Positions 8,951 through 18,614 of a stretch of DNA of 47,853 bases are shown here, piece after piece. The notes below the pieces were generated by a model. The model was not told the DNA's origin. It did no database searches and saw only the letters and a program-made list of their open reading frames with translations. Source of the stretch: an uncultured Sangeribacter sp. (lineage in GTDB: Bacteria; Bacteroidota; Bacteroidia; Bacteroidales; Muribaculaceae); assembly GCA_964622105.1 (NCBI GenBank), contig CAZUNU010000003.1, positions 1 through 47,853 on the forward strand, in the 5' to 3' direction. The translations under genes were made by a program, and so were the position numbers. The first letter of the stretch is position 1. The number at the start of each line of letters is the position of its first letter.

Positions 8951-10948
8951 ATGAAAGACTCACGTATACTTCTCGCGGATGAATATCCCGATTATCCTGA
9001 ATTCAAAGAGGGAATACGTCGTGCCCCGGATAGAGGCTATACCCTTACTCAAGAAAAAACTATCACTGCATTAAAGAACGCATTGAGATACCTGCCTGAA
9101 AGCCTGCATGAGAAAGCTGCTCCGGAATTTCTGGAGGAGTTGCGCACTCGTGGTAGAATCTATGCATACAGATGGCGACCGGAAGGCGATTTGAAAGCGA
9201 AACCCATCGATGAATATAAAGGAAAATGTCTGGCGGGAAAAGCCTTTCAGGTAATGATTGATAATAATCTGTGTTTCGATATAGCTCTTTATCCTTATGA
9301 ACTCGTAACATATGGAGAGACCGGCCAGGTATGTCAGAACTGGCTTCAATATCATCTTATAAAGAAATATCTGGAGGAGATGACTGATGAACAGACTTTG
9401 GTAGTTGAATCAGGTCACCCACTGGGACTATTCCCGTCGAAGAAAGATGCTCCGAGAGTGATTATCACCAATGCCATGATGGTAGGCATGTTTGACAACC
9501 AACACGATTGGCATGAAGCCATGCAGATGGGTGTGGCCAACTATGGCCAGATGACTGCCGGCGGATGGATGTATATCGGTCCACAAGGTATAGTGCACGG
9601 CACTTTCAACACACTTCTCAACGCCGGCCGCATGAAGCTTGGAGTTCCGCAGGATGGTGATCTTAAGGGTCATCTGTTCGTATCGTCGGGTCTTGGTGGC
9701 ATGAGCGGTGCTCAGCCGAAAGCAGCAGAGATCGCCGGTGCCGCTGCAATAGTTGCTGAAGTGGATCTTTCGAGAATCGAGACTCGTAAAAACCAGGGCT
9801 GGGTACAGGAAGTGACAGACAGTATTCCTGAAGCATTCCGCTTGGCTGAAGAAGCTGTTAAAGAGAATCGTCCTATTTCTATTGCATATCACGGTAATGT
9901 GGTGGATCTTCTTGAATATGCAGTTGAGCACGATAAGAAAGTTGAATTGCTTAGCGATCAGACTTCCTGCCACGCAGTTTACGAAGGTGGTTATTGCCCT
10001 GCCGGACTGACATTTGAAGAGCGAACAGCACTTCTTCATGATAATCCTGAAGAATTTAAAAAGAGGGTAGACGAGTCGCTCCGTCGCCATTATGATGCTA
10101 TTAAGGCTTTGGTTGGCAAAGGCACTTATTTCTTCGACTATGGCAATTCATTCATGAAAGCCATATATGATGCAGGCGTAAAGGAGATTTCACGCAATGG
10201 CATAGATGAGAAAGACGGATTCATCTGGCCCTCATACGTAGAAGACATCATGGGTCCGATGCTATTTGATTACGGTTACGGTCCGTTCCGTTGGGTTTGC
10301 CTCAGCGGTAAGCATGAAGACCTTGTTAAAACAGATAAGGCTGCGATGGAGTGCATCAATCCTGACAGGAGAGGTCAGGACCGCGATAACTACAATTGGA
10401 TACGTGATGCTGAGAAGAACGCACTCGTTGTCGGCACCCAGGCCCGAATTCTTTATCAGGATGCTTTGGGGCGTATGAACATTGCGTTGAAATTCAATGA
10501 GATGGTTAGAAACGGAGAGGTTGGTCCGATAATGCTCGGTCGCGATCATCATGATGTAAGCGGCACAGATTCACCTTTCCGCGAGACCTCCAATATCAAG
10601 GATGGTTCAAATGTGATGGCTGATATGGCTGTACAGTGTTTCGCGGGCAACTGTGCACGAGGCATGAGCCTTGTTGCCCTTCATAACGGTGGTGGAGTAG
10701 GTATCGGTAAATCGATCAACGGTGGTTTTGGAATGGTATGTGACGGTTCCGAAAGAGTTGATGAGATCCTGCGCAATGCCATGTTGTGGGACGTTATGGG
10801 CGGTGTTGCCCGACGTTCCTGGGCGCGAAATGAAAATGCAATGTCTACAGTGAAAGAATGGAATGAGACTCAAGCCGAGAACGGCTTTGTCATCACAGAG
10901 CCTTTCATTGCAGACGAAGCATTCCTGACAGACTTAGTTAAGAAATAA
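8951..10948 (+). CDS. hutU: Urocanate hydratase
   Basis: 665 aa long form; YGQMTAGGWMYIGPQGIVHGT, GLGGMSGAQ, SDQTSCH, GRDHHDVSGTDSPFRET. Confidence 0.96.
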   Translation: MKDSRILLADEYPDYPEFKEGIRRAPDRGYTLTQEKTITALKNALRYLPESLHEKAAPEFLEELRTRGRIYAYRWRPEGDLKAKPIDEYKGKCLAGKAFQVMIDNNLCFDIALYPYELVTYGETGQVCQNWLQYHLIKKYLEEMTDEQTLVVESGHPLGLFPSKKDAPRVIITNAMMVGMFDNQHDWHEAMQMGVANYGQMTAGGWMYIGPQGIVHGTFNTLLNAGRMKLGVPQDGDLKGHLFVSSGLGGMSGAQPKAAEIAGAAAIVAEVDLSRIETRKNQGWVQEVTDSIPEAFRLAEEAVKENRPISIAYHGNVVDLLEYAVEHDKKVELLSDQTSCHAVYEGGYCPAGLTFEERTALLHDNPEEFKKRVDESLRRHYDAIKALVGKGTYFFDYGNSFMKAIYDAGVKEISRNGIDEKDGFIWPSYVEDIMGPMLFDYGYGPFRWVCLSGKHEDLVKTDKAAMECINPDRRGQDRDNYNWIRDAEKNALVVGTQARILYQDALGRMNIALKFNEMVRNGEVGPIMLGRDHHDVSGTDSPFRETSNIKDGSNVMADMAVQCFAGNCARGMSLVALHNGGGVGIGKSINGGFGMVCDGSERVDEILRNAMLWDVMGGVARRSWARNENAMSTVKEWNETQAENGFVITEPFIADEAFLTDLVKK

Positions 10949-10986
10949 CCCAAAATACCAGACAATAATCTAATTAGAAAAACGAT

Positions 10987-11886
10987 ATGAATCAGATAAT
11001 AGAATGTGTACCCAATTTCAGTGAGGGACGCGACCATGAGAAAATTGAGAAAATCGTAGAATGTTTCCGTGGTAAAAAAGGTGTGAAACTCCTTGATTAC
11101 TCAAACGACGAGAACCATAACCGTCTTGTCGTGACTGTAGTTGGAGAGCGCGAACCCCTCAAGGCTGCCGTACTTGAGGCAGTAGGTAAGGCTGTTGAAT
11201 TGATAGACCTCACAAAGCATCAAGGTCAGCATCCCCGTATGGGTGCCGTAGATGTAATCCCCTTTATACCCGTGCGTAATTCAAGCATGGAGGAATGCAT
11301 CGAACTCTCGAAAGAAGTCGGTGCCGCTATTGCTGATATGTATAGTTTCCCGGTATTCTTGTATGAGAAATCAGCTACAGCTCCTCATCGCGCTAATCTC
11401 GCCGCTATCAGGAAAGGTGAGTTTGAGGGAATGGCTGAGAAAATCAAGCAGCCGGAGTGGGCTCCCGATTTCGGTCCGGCGGAGCGTCACGCCACAGCTG
11501 GCACAGTAGCTGTGGGTGCGCGCATGCCTTTGGTAGCTTACAACATAAATCTTAATACAAATCGCCTTGACATTGCAAGCGACATAGCTAAGAAAATACG
11601 CCATATCAATGGAGGCTATCGTTTCGTGAAAGCTATGGGCGTAGATTTGGCTGACAGAGGCATTGTTCAGGTATCAATCAACATGACTGATTTCACAAAG
11701 ACTGCTCTTTACAGAGTGTTTGAGACCGTAAGATTCGAGGCTCGACGCTGGGGCGTAACAATCGCAGGTAGTGAGATCATTGGCCTCGTACCTATGCAAG
11801 CACTTCTTGACACTGCAGAATACTACCTTGGTCTTGAAGATTTCAGCATCAATCAGGTGCTTGAGTCACGAATCATGGAAGAATGA
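10987..11886 (+). CDS. ftcd: Glutamate formimidoyltransferase
   Basis: IECVPNFSEGRD, HNRLVVT, HPRMGAVDVIPF motifs; lies within the hut operon. Confidence 0.93.
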   Translation: MNQIIECVPNFSEGRDHEKIEKIVECFRGKKGVKLLDYSNDENHNRLVVTVVGEREPLKAAVLEAVGKAVELIDLTKHQGQHPRMGAVDVIPFIPVRNSSMEECIELSKEVGAAIADMYSFPVFLYEKSATAPHRANLAAIRKGEFEGMAEKIKQPEWAPDFGPAERHATAGTVAVGARMPLVAYNINLNTNRLDIASDIAKKIRHINGGYRFVKAMGVDLADRGIVQVSINMTDFTKTALYRVFETVRFEARRWGVTIAGSEIIGLVPMQALLDTAEYYLGLEDFSINQVLESRIMEE

Positions 11887-13133
11887 TGGGAAACCTAAAA
11901 ATAAAAAATGTAACCATAGTCACTCCTGAGGGTAAAGAAGCTCTCAAGGGTGACCATATGGGTGAGCTGAAAGTGGTTAAGGATGGATACATCATTATCA
12001 CGGAAGGCACAATATCATACGCCGGACCGATGCATGATGCACCGGCCACTCGTCCTGACGAGCACTATGAAGAGATCGACGCTCACGGAAATGTGGCATT
12101 GCCCGGATTTGTTGATTCCCACACTCATTTGATTTTCGGAGGTTTCCGTCCGGATGAATTCAGCTGGCGCCTCAAGGGGGAATCTTACATGTCGATAATG
12201 GAACGCGGTGGAGGAATACAGTCAACTGTAAACGCTACAAGAGAGACTTCTGTTGAGGAATTGAAGAAACGTGCCCAGTGGTTTATCGACCGTATGAGTG
12301 AAATGGGTGTGACTACTGTTGAGGCAAAGAGCGGATACGGTCTTGATTCAGAGACTGAGATGAAGATGCTTGACGCCATTTCAGAACTAAATGAGCAACC
12401 GGATCAGAAGGTGGAACTTATTGCCACATTCTTAGGGGCTCACGCAGTTCCGAAAGAATATGCGGGACGCACAAAAGAATACGTTGATTTGATCATCAAC
12501 GAGATGCTTCCAAAAGCCAAAGGCAAAGCCAAGTTTTGCGATGTCTTCTGCGAAAAGAACGTCTTTGAACTTGAGGATTCAAGAAGACTCCTTGAGGCTG
12601 CTGAGGCAATGGGTTACTCTATTAAACTCCATGCAGATGAAATCGTAACCTTGGGTGGCGGAGAACTAAGTGCTGACTTGGGCGCAGTCTCTGCCGATCA
12701 TCTTCTTCATATAAGCGAAAAGGGAATCGAGATGATGGCAGACAAGGGGGTAGTGGCAACATTGCTTCCCCTTACGGCTTTTGCCTTGAAGGAGCCCTAT
12801 GCTCCGGCGCGAAAATTCATTGACGCGGGAGCAGCTGTGGCATTAGCCACTGACCTGAATCCCGGGAGCTGTTTCTCAGGTTCTATTCCTTTGACTATCG
12901 CCCTTGCCTGCATCTATATGAACATGAGCATAGAGGAGACAATCACAGCGTTGACTCTCAATGGGGCAGCCGCGGTGGGTCTTGCAAAAGAAATCGGTAG
13001 CCTTGAACCCGGGAAAAGAGGTGATGTAGTACTTCTCGGAAGCGATAATTACCATATACTTCCCTATTACGTCGGAATGAACTGTGTGAAGACCACAATC
13101 CGTAACGGCAAGATAGTGGCTCAAAACCCTTGA
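11883..13133 (+). CDS. hutI: Imidazolonepropionase
   Basis: PGFVDSHTH, GGGI, EAKSGYGL, KLHADE, ATDLNPGS amidohydrolase motifs. Confidence 0.95.
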   Translation: MMGNLKIKNVTIVTPEGKEALKGDHMGELKVVKDGYIIITEGTISYAGPMHDAPATRPDEHYEEIDAHGNVALPGFVDSHTHLIFGGFRPDEFSWRLKGESYMSIMERGGGIQSTVNATRETSVEELKKRAQWFIDRMSEMGVTTVEAKSGYGLDSETEMKMLDAISELNEQPDQKVELIATFLGAHAVPKEYAGRTKEYVDLIINEMLPKAKGKAKFCDVFCEKNVFELEDSRRLLEAAEAMGYSIKLHADEIVTLGGGELSADLGAVSADHLLHISEKGIEMMADKGVVATLLPLTAFALKEPYAPARKFIDAGAAVALATDLNPGSCFSGSIPLTIALACIYMNMSIEETITALTLNGAAAVGLAKEIGSLEPGKRGDVVLLGSDNYHILPYYVGMNCVKTTIRNGKIVAQNP

Positions 13134-13183
13134 TGCCTCTTGCGGGAAAAAGACCATAAAAATTTAACCATTATCATTATATC

Positions 13184-13804
13184 ATGAAACTGACAGAATT
13201 GACTATAAACGGTTTTCTGGAGAAAACCTATGGAAGTGATCCGGTGCCCGGTGGTGGTAGCATTTCAGCATTATGTGGCTCATTGGCTGCTTCACTTGGC
13301 CAGATGGTGACAGCTCTTACAATCGGCAGAAAGAAATATGCCGATGTGGAGGAGGATATGCTCCGTCTGGCTCCGGAAATGGAGGAGGCAAGAAATAAAT
13401 TTGTGAATTTTATTGATGAGGATGCGGCGGCTTATCAGGTGGTGTTTGATGCGTTCAAGCTTCCCAAGGAAACCGACGAAGAGAAGGCCGCCAGAAAAGA
13501 GGCTATTCAGAAAGCAACTCTTGCTGCTGCGCTCGTACCATTGGAAGTGGCCCGCACAGCAGTAGGTATCATGGATGGTATTCAGGAGATTGCCGTGAAA
13601 GGAAATAAAAACGCTATCACAGACTGTTGCGTAGCCATGATGTGTGCGCGTACAGCCGCATTCGGTGCTATTCTCAACGTAAGGATAAACCTTGCAAGTC
13701 TCGATGATAAGGAAGTGGCTCAGGAATTGGAAAACGAATGTATGGCACTTCACGACGAAGCTGAGATAAAAGAGGCTGCTTTACTTAACACGGTAGTAAT
13801 CTAA
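13184..13804 (+). CDS. Formiminotetrahydrofolate cyclodeaminase (FTCD C-terminal domain)
   Basis: PVPGGGSISAL, DEDAAAY, NVRINL motifs; lies within the hut operon. Confidence 0.88.
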   Translation: MKLTELTINGFLEKTYGSDPVPGGGSISALCGSLAASLGQMVTALTIGRKKYADVEEDMLRLAPEMEEARNKFVNFIDEDAAAYQVVFDAFKLPKETDEEKAARKEAIQKATLAAALVPLEVARTAVGIMDGIQEIAVKGNKNAITDCCVAMMCARTAAFGAILNVRINLASLDDKEVAQELENECMALHDEAEIKEAALLNTVVI

Positions 13805-13808
13805 AGTC

Positions 13809-15314
13809 ATGGCGAAACTTGAAACTTATGCCATAGGTTCAAGTCTGTTGACCTATGACTTGATAGAGAAAATACTGCGTGATGAATCTATTCTCACCCT
13901 CTCGGATGAGGCAGTGGAAAAGATTCAGAAATGCCGTGATTATCTTGATAAAAAAGAGGAAGATCTTTCCAAACCAATCTACGGAGTCACCACCGGTTTC
14001 GGTTCGCTTTGCAACCGCACCATCTCCAAAGATCAGCTTTCTACACTTCAGGAAAATCTCGTTAAGAGCCATTCCTGTAGTGTGGGTACTCCCGTTGCAC
14101 CCATCGTGGTAAAGCTGATGCTTCTGCTTAAAGCCCATGCGTTGTCAATGGGATTCAGCGGTGTGCAGGTTAAGACCGTTAAGCGTATCATAGACTTTTA
14201 TAATAATGGAGTTTATCCAATCGTTTATGATCGTGGCTCTCTGGGAGCGTCAGGTGACCTTGCGCCTTTAGCCAACTTGTTCCTGCCGCTTATCGGTGAA
14301 GGTGAGGTGATATACGAAGGAAAGAAATATTCCGGCAAGGAGATTCTTGATAAATTTGGTTGGGAGCCTATCAGACTTCAATCAAAAGAGGGACTCGCTC
14401 TGCTTAACGGCACTCAGTTCATGAGTTCCAACGGCATCAAAGCACTGATCGACGGATGGCATTTGGTGAATTGTTTCGACATGTTCGGAGCTATGAGCCT
14501 TGAGGCTTACGATGGAAGAATCGAACCTTTCTGGGATTGCCTTCAGCAAGTGCGTCCTCACCCCGGACAGATTGAGACGGGAGAAGTGTTCCGTCGCATA
14601 TTGAAAGGAAGTGAGATTATAGAGCATGAAAAAGAGCATGTGCAAGATCCTTATTCCTTCAGATGCATCCCTCAGGTGCATGGAGCAGTGAAAGATGCAA
14701 TGCATCATGTCACAGAGGTTCTTCACATTGAAATCAATTCAGTCACAGATAATCCTACTGTCTTCCCTGACGATGATCTTGTGGTAAGTGGTGGCAACTT
14801 CCATGGAGAGCCTATTGCTTTGGTGTTTGATTATATGGGGGTAGCTCTTCATGAACTTGGAAATATCTCCGAGCGTCGTGTGGCCCAGCTGATCGACGGT
14901 AAACGAGGATTGCCGGAATTCCTTGTAGCTAAACCGGGACTTAACTCCGGATTCATGATACCCCAATATGCTGCAGCATCTGTGGTGAGCCAGAACAAGA
15001 TGTATGCTTGGCCGGCATCATGCGATTCAATCGTGAGCTCCAATGGCCAGGAAGATCTTGTTTCCATGGGTGCTAATTCAGCAACAAAACTACATAAGAT
15101 TGTCGACAATCTCAAGATCATAGCTGCTATAGAGCTAATGAATGCTGCTCAGGGCATTGATTTCCGTAGGCCGCTAAAGTCTTCACCAATGATCGAGAAG
15201 GTTATGCAGGATTATCGTAAGGTAGTGCCGTTTGTAGAAGACGATGTCGTTATGCAGGAATACATAGCCAAGACCCGTGAATTCCTTGAGAATTATGACA
15301 TAGTTGTTGAATAA
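13809..15314 (+). CDS. hutH: Histidine ammonia-lyase
   Basis: YGVTTGFG, GSLGASGDLAPL (MIO-forming ASG), KEGLALLNGT, QDPYSFRC, GGNFHG. Confidence 0.96.
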   Translation: MAKLETYAIGSSLLTYDLIEKILRDESILTLSDEAVEKIQKCRDYLDKKEEDLSKPIYGVTTGFGSLCNRTISKDQLSTLQENLVKSHSCSVGTPVAPIVVKLMLLLKAHALSMGFSGVQVKTVKRIIDFYNNGVYPIVYDRGSLGASGDLAPLANLFLPLIGEGEVIYEGKKYSGKEILDKFGWEPIRLQSKEGLALLNGTQFMSSNGIKALIDGWHLVNCFDMFGAMSLEAYDGRIEPFWDCLQQVRPHPGQIETGEVFRRILKGSEIIEHEKEHVQDPYSFRCIPQVHGAVKDAMHHVTEVLHIEINSVTDNPTVFPDDDLVVSGGNFHGEPIALVFDYMGVALHELGNISERRVAQLIDGKRGLPEFLVAKPGLNSGFMIPQYAAASVVSQNKMYAWPASCDSIVSSNGQEDLVSMGANSATKLHKIVDNLKIIAAIELMNAAQGIDFRRPLKSSPMIEKVMQDYRKVVPFVEDDVVMQEYIAKTREFLENYDIVVE

Positions 15315-15384
15315 GAATCACTTTCAGATTAAGAACAATCAAAGGTTGTGGAGTTGCAACCACTATCGGATTACTGAAAATATG

Positions 15385-15420
15385 AAGCCGGATACTGAAT
15401 TTATTGCAGTATCCGGCTTT
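15385..15420 (+). terminator. Terminator-like hairpin after hutH
   Basis: 13-bp stem AAGCCGGATACTG/CAGTATCCGGCTT with a short T tail. Confidence 0.7.
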
Positions 15421-15478
15421 AAATTGGAAATTTTTTATAATTTTGTGACGTGAGAGGCTCTGATGCCCTGAAAAAGTT

Positions 15479-15901
15479 ATGAAAAAATTAATATCAACCT
15501 ATGTAGCTTTATCATTGGCTACCTTAATAATGTTTATTACCATGGCTTGTAGCTCAACTTCAAAGGCAACGCAGACAGTAGGACAGGTAGAGACAGTTAG
15601 TCCGGAACAATTCAAGCAGGGGCTTGAGGCGGGAGAAGTACAACTCCTGGATGTAAGAACGGCCGAAGAATACGCAGAGGGACATCTTAAAGGTGCTGTC
15701 AATATTGATGTGCAGGAACCAGATTTTCAAGCAGAGAGTTCAAGGGAATTGCAGAAAGATAAGAAGGTCTATGTATATTGCCGAAGTGGCAGACGCTCCC
15801 TTCTTGCCGGGGAAATGCTTGCAAAAGATGGCTATACAGTTGTGGATCTTGATGGAGGCATCCTCAGCTGGATCAAGTCAGGATATCCTGTTGTGAAATA
15901 A
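15479..15901 (+). CDS. Rhodanese-like domain lipoprotein
   Basis: Hydrophobic signal ending TMAC; LLDVRTAEEYAEGHL and active-site YCRSGRRS; TAATTTTG -7 element at about 15438. Confidence 0.88.
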   Translation: MKKLISTYVALSLATLIMFITMACSSTSKATQTVGQVETVSPEQFKQGLEAGEVQLLDVRTAEEYAEGHLKGAVNIDVQEPDFQAESSRELQKDKKVYVYCRSGRRSLLAGEMLAKDGYTVVDLDGGILSWIKSGYPVVK

Positions 15902-15957
15902 TCCCCTGTTATCAAGTTTCAACGTGGTAATCATGTGAAGTAACAAATGCTTCATTT

Positions 15958-16020
15958 ATTATACAAGGCAACGCCTGTTTCCCTGGCAAAGACCAGAAAA
16001 CAGGCGTTGCCTTGTATAAT
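15958..16020. terminator. Long hairpin between convergent genes (likely bidirectional terminator)
   Basis: 23-bp perfect inverted repeat ATTATACAAGGCAACGCCTGTTT/AAACAGGCGTTGCCTTGTATAAT. Confidence 0.75.
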
Positions 16021-16024
16021 AAGA

Positions 16025-17683
16025 TTATTTGCCATCACGTATTTCAACCCGACGGATCTTACCGCTTATCGTTTTAGGCAATTCTTTTACGAATTCTACA
16101 ATTCGGGGATATTTGTAAGGAGCCGTTACATGCTTAACATGATTTTGAATCTCCTTAATGAGAGCTTCAGGATTCTCCAGAGCTTGCTCTTCGTATTCAT
16201 GCGCCAATACGATGGTAGCTTTCACAACCTGGCCACGGATTTCATCCGGAACACCGGTGATGGCACACTCCACTACAGCCGGATGGGTCATCAAAGCGCT
16301 TTCAACCTCGAATGGACCGATGCGGTAGCCTGATGACTTGATTACATCATCCTTGCGGCCCACAAACCAATAGTAGCCATCTTCATCACGCCATGCCACA
16401 TCACCTGTGTGATATATGCCCTCGTCATATGCTTCCTTTGTGAGTTCCGGATCGTGAAGATATTCCTTAAAGAGACCTAAGGGTTTTCTATCACCGACTC
16501 TTACGATAATTTCTCCCTGCTCACCATCTTCGGCGTGACGCCCATCATTAGTGATCAGGTCAATATCATACTCCGGTCCTTTCTTGCCCATTGACCCCGG
16601 TTTAGGTTCAAGCCAAGGATAAGTGGCAATAGTCAAGGTTGTCTCTGTCTGGCCGAAACCTTCCATAAGTTTTATTCCGGTCAATGCTAACCATTCCTCA
16701 TATACGCTCGGATTCAATGCCTCACCTGCGATGGTGCAATATTGAAGTTTGGAGAGATCAAATTTTGAAAGATCCTCACGGATGAGGAAACGGAAGATGG
16801 TGGGAGGTGCACAGAGCGATGTGATACCGAATTCATGAATCTTGTGGAGAACATCAACCGGCTCGAATTTTTCAAAATCGTAGACGAACACGTTGGCTCC
16901 GGCAATCCATTGACCATAGAGCTTTCCCCAAACAGCTTTTCCCCAACCTGTGTCGGCCAAAGTGAGGTGAAGACTATCTTTATTAAGATTATGCCAATAA
17001 GAAGCTGTGATGATATGACCAAGCGGATACGTATAGTCGTGCGCTACCATCTTTGGTTGACCGGTTGTGCCGGATGTAAAATACAACAATGAGACATCTT
17101 CATTACTGTTGACGTTCTCCGGACGCACAAATGGCTTGGCTTCTTCAATACATTTGTTGAAATCATACCAGCCATCCGGAACGAGTGGCCCCGTTGAGAC
17201 GAGAGCCTTGACACTCGGGCAATCAGGCATGGCTTTCTCTATATGATCGATCACAACCTTATCGCCTGTGCAGACTATGGCTTTGATATCAGCTTTCTGA
17301 CAACGGTATTTCACATCCTTCTCCGTTAAGAGGTGAGTAGCGGGAATTACTGTGGCTCCAAGTTTATGTAGTGCAACGATCGAGAACCAGAACTGATAAT
17401 GGCGCTTGAGGATAAGCATCACCATGTCTCCTTTGCCAATTCCTATTGATTGGAAAAAAGAGGCGGTCTTATCACTCTCCCTCTTGATGTCTGCAAAAGT
17501 GAACTGTATCTTTTCCCCCTTGTCGTTTGTCCAAAGCAGGGCAGGGCGATCAGGTTCTTTCTCAGCCCAGGCATCTACCACATCATATCCGAAATTGAAA
17601 TTATCAGGCACGTTGACATGGAAATTCTCCATGAAGTCCTCGTATGAGTCAAACTCAGTTTTATCAAGAAATTTTTCAAGCAT
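16025..17683 (-). CDS. AMP-forming acyl-CoA synthetase (acetate/short-chain acid CoA ligase family)
   Basis: YFTSGTTGQPK, GFGQTET, YHTGD, GRKDDVIKSSGYRIGPFEVES, PKTISGKI. ATG start MLEKFL at 17683 preferred over 17722. Confidence 0.9.
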   Translation of the reverse strand: MLEKFLDKTEFDSYEDFMENFHVNVPDNFNFGYDVVDAWAEKEPDRPALLWTNDKGEKIQFTFADIKRESDKTASFFQSIGIGKGDMVMLILKRHYQFWFSIVALHKLGATVIPATHLLTEKDVKYRCQKADIKAIVCTGDKVVIDHIEKAMPDCPSVKALVSTGPLVPDGWYDFNKCIEEAKPFVRPENVNSNEDVSLLYFTSGTTGQPKMVAHDYTYPLGHIITASYWHNLNKDSLHLTLADTGWGKAVWGKLYGQWIAGANVFVYDFEKFEPVDVLHKIHEFGITSLCAPPTIFRFLIREDLSKFDLSKLQYCTIAGEALNPSVYEEWLALTGIKLMEGFGQTETTLTIATYPWLEPKPGSMGKKGPEYDIDLITNDGRHAEDGEQGEIIVRVGDRKPLGLFKEYLHDPELTKEAYDEGIYHTGDVAWRDEDGYYWFVGRKDDVIKSSGYRIGPFEVESALMTHPAVVECAITGVPDEIRGQVVKATIVLAHEYEEQALENPEALIKEIQNHVKHVTAPYKYPRIVEFVKELPKTISGKIRRVEIRDGK

Positions 17684-17779
17684 ATTTAGAGAATCTTCGA
17701 TGAGCAAAATATTCAATTTCACCTCACCGGATTTTTATTTGCAACCTATAAGTATTGAAATTAAATTATGTGGGCAATA

Positions 17780-18331
17780 TCATGAGATGATTGCTAACAT
17801 TTTAACTCTCTTGCCTTCAAGGGCTCTCAGCCCATGAGGCTTTTTCGCGTCAAACATTATGCTGTCGCCTTTATGGAGCACGTTGACTTTTCCCGCAATG
17901 GTTATCTCCAGAGTACCTTCCACAACATAATTGAATTCCTGACCCTCATGCGTATTAAGCACTTGTTCACGTCCGTCGTCATGTGGCTCAACTGTCACAA
18001 GAAATGGTGCCATCACGCGATGCTGGAAACCGGCGGCCAAATCCTGATAGCTATATGCACCGGTGCGCTCAACCTTAATGCCTTGACCGGCACGCGTGAT
18101 ATAATATGAATGCATGGTTGGCTCACTTCCAAACATGAGTGCGGTCATCTCAACTCCAAATTCCGAAGAGAGTTCGTGAAGAAAGCTTACCGGGATATCT
18201 ACCGTTCCGCTTTCGTATTCAGCAAGAGTGTGGGGAGATATGCCACATCGGGCAGCCATCTCTTCGCGATCCATATCAAGCGCGTCACGTAATCCTCTAA
18301 TCCGTTCGGCAATCTGTTGAATAAAATCCAT
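17780..18331 (-). CDS. XRE family HTH plus cupin transcriptional regulator
   Basis: N-terminal HTH (MAARCGISPHTLAEYESG), C-terminal cupin (HEGQEFNYVVEG...PH); a common partner of this ligase. Confidence 0.9.
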   Translation of the reverse strand: MDFIQQIAERIRGLRDALDMDREEMAARCGISPHTLAEYESGTVDIPVSFLHELSSEFGVEMTALMFGSEPTMHSYYITRAGQGIKVERTGAYSYQDLAAGFQHRVMAPFLVTVEPHDDGREQVLNTHEGQEFNYVVEGTLEITIAGKVNVLHKGDSIMFDAKKPHGLRALEGKRVKMLAIIS

Positions 18332-18496
18332 ATGTGATGTGATTATGTTGTTATCGATTGGGTGGCAAGTGGAATAGAAATGGAGATGCTATTATAAAAC
18401 TCGCCAAACCATTATTTGAGATGAGATTTTCATCATAATTGCAAAATTATTAAAATTTGGTGATAATTGCTATATTTTACATCAATTTCCGGTGAT

Positions 18497-18546
18497 AAAA
18501 ACTGCTCTCGTGTGCTGAAAAGAAATTCAGCATACGAGAGCAGTTG
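18497..18546 (-). terminator. Terminator after the left outer-membrane gene
   Basis: AACTGCTCTCGTGTGCTGAA/TTCAGCATACGAGAGCAGTT inverted repeat, with a T-run on the minus strand. Confidence 0.75.
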
Positions 18547-18614
18547 AGTTTAAAACCTAAATAATTAAAACGAAGAGTTGATAATAATAATTTTCGGATG
18601 CCTTGTTAGTCACA

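Noticed and set aside
9428-10090. 220-aa antisense ORF and similar shadow ORFs across the window
   Set aside because: They sit opposite well-supported genes and have no motifs; they reflect codon bias on the coding strand.
15046-15072. HutH motif reads QEDLVSMG where QEDHVSMG is usual
   Set aside because: A single substitution with the MIO motif and other catalytic motifs intact; no basis for claiming altered function.
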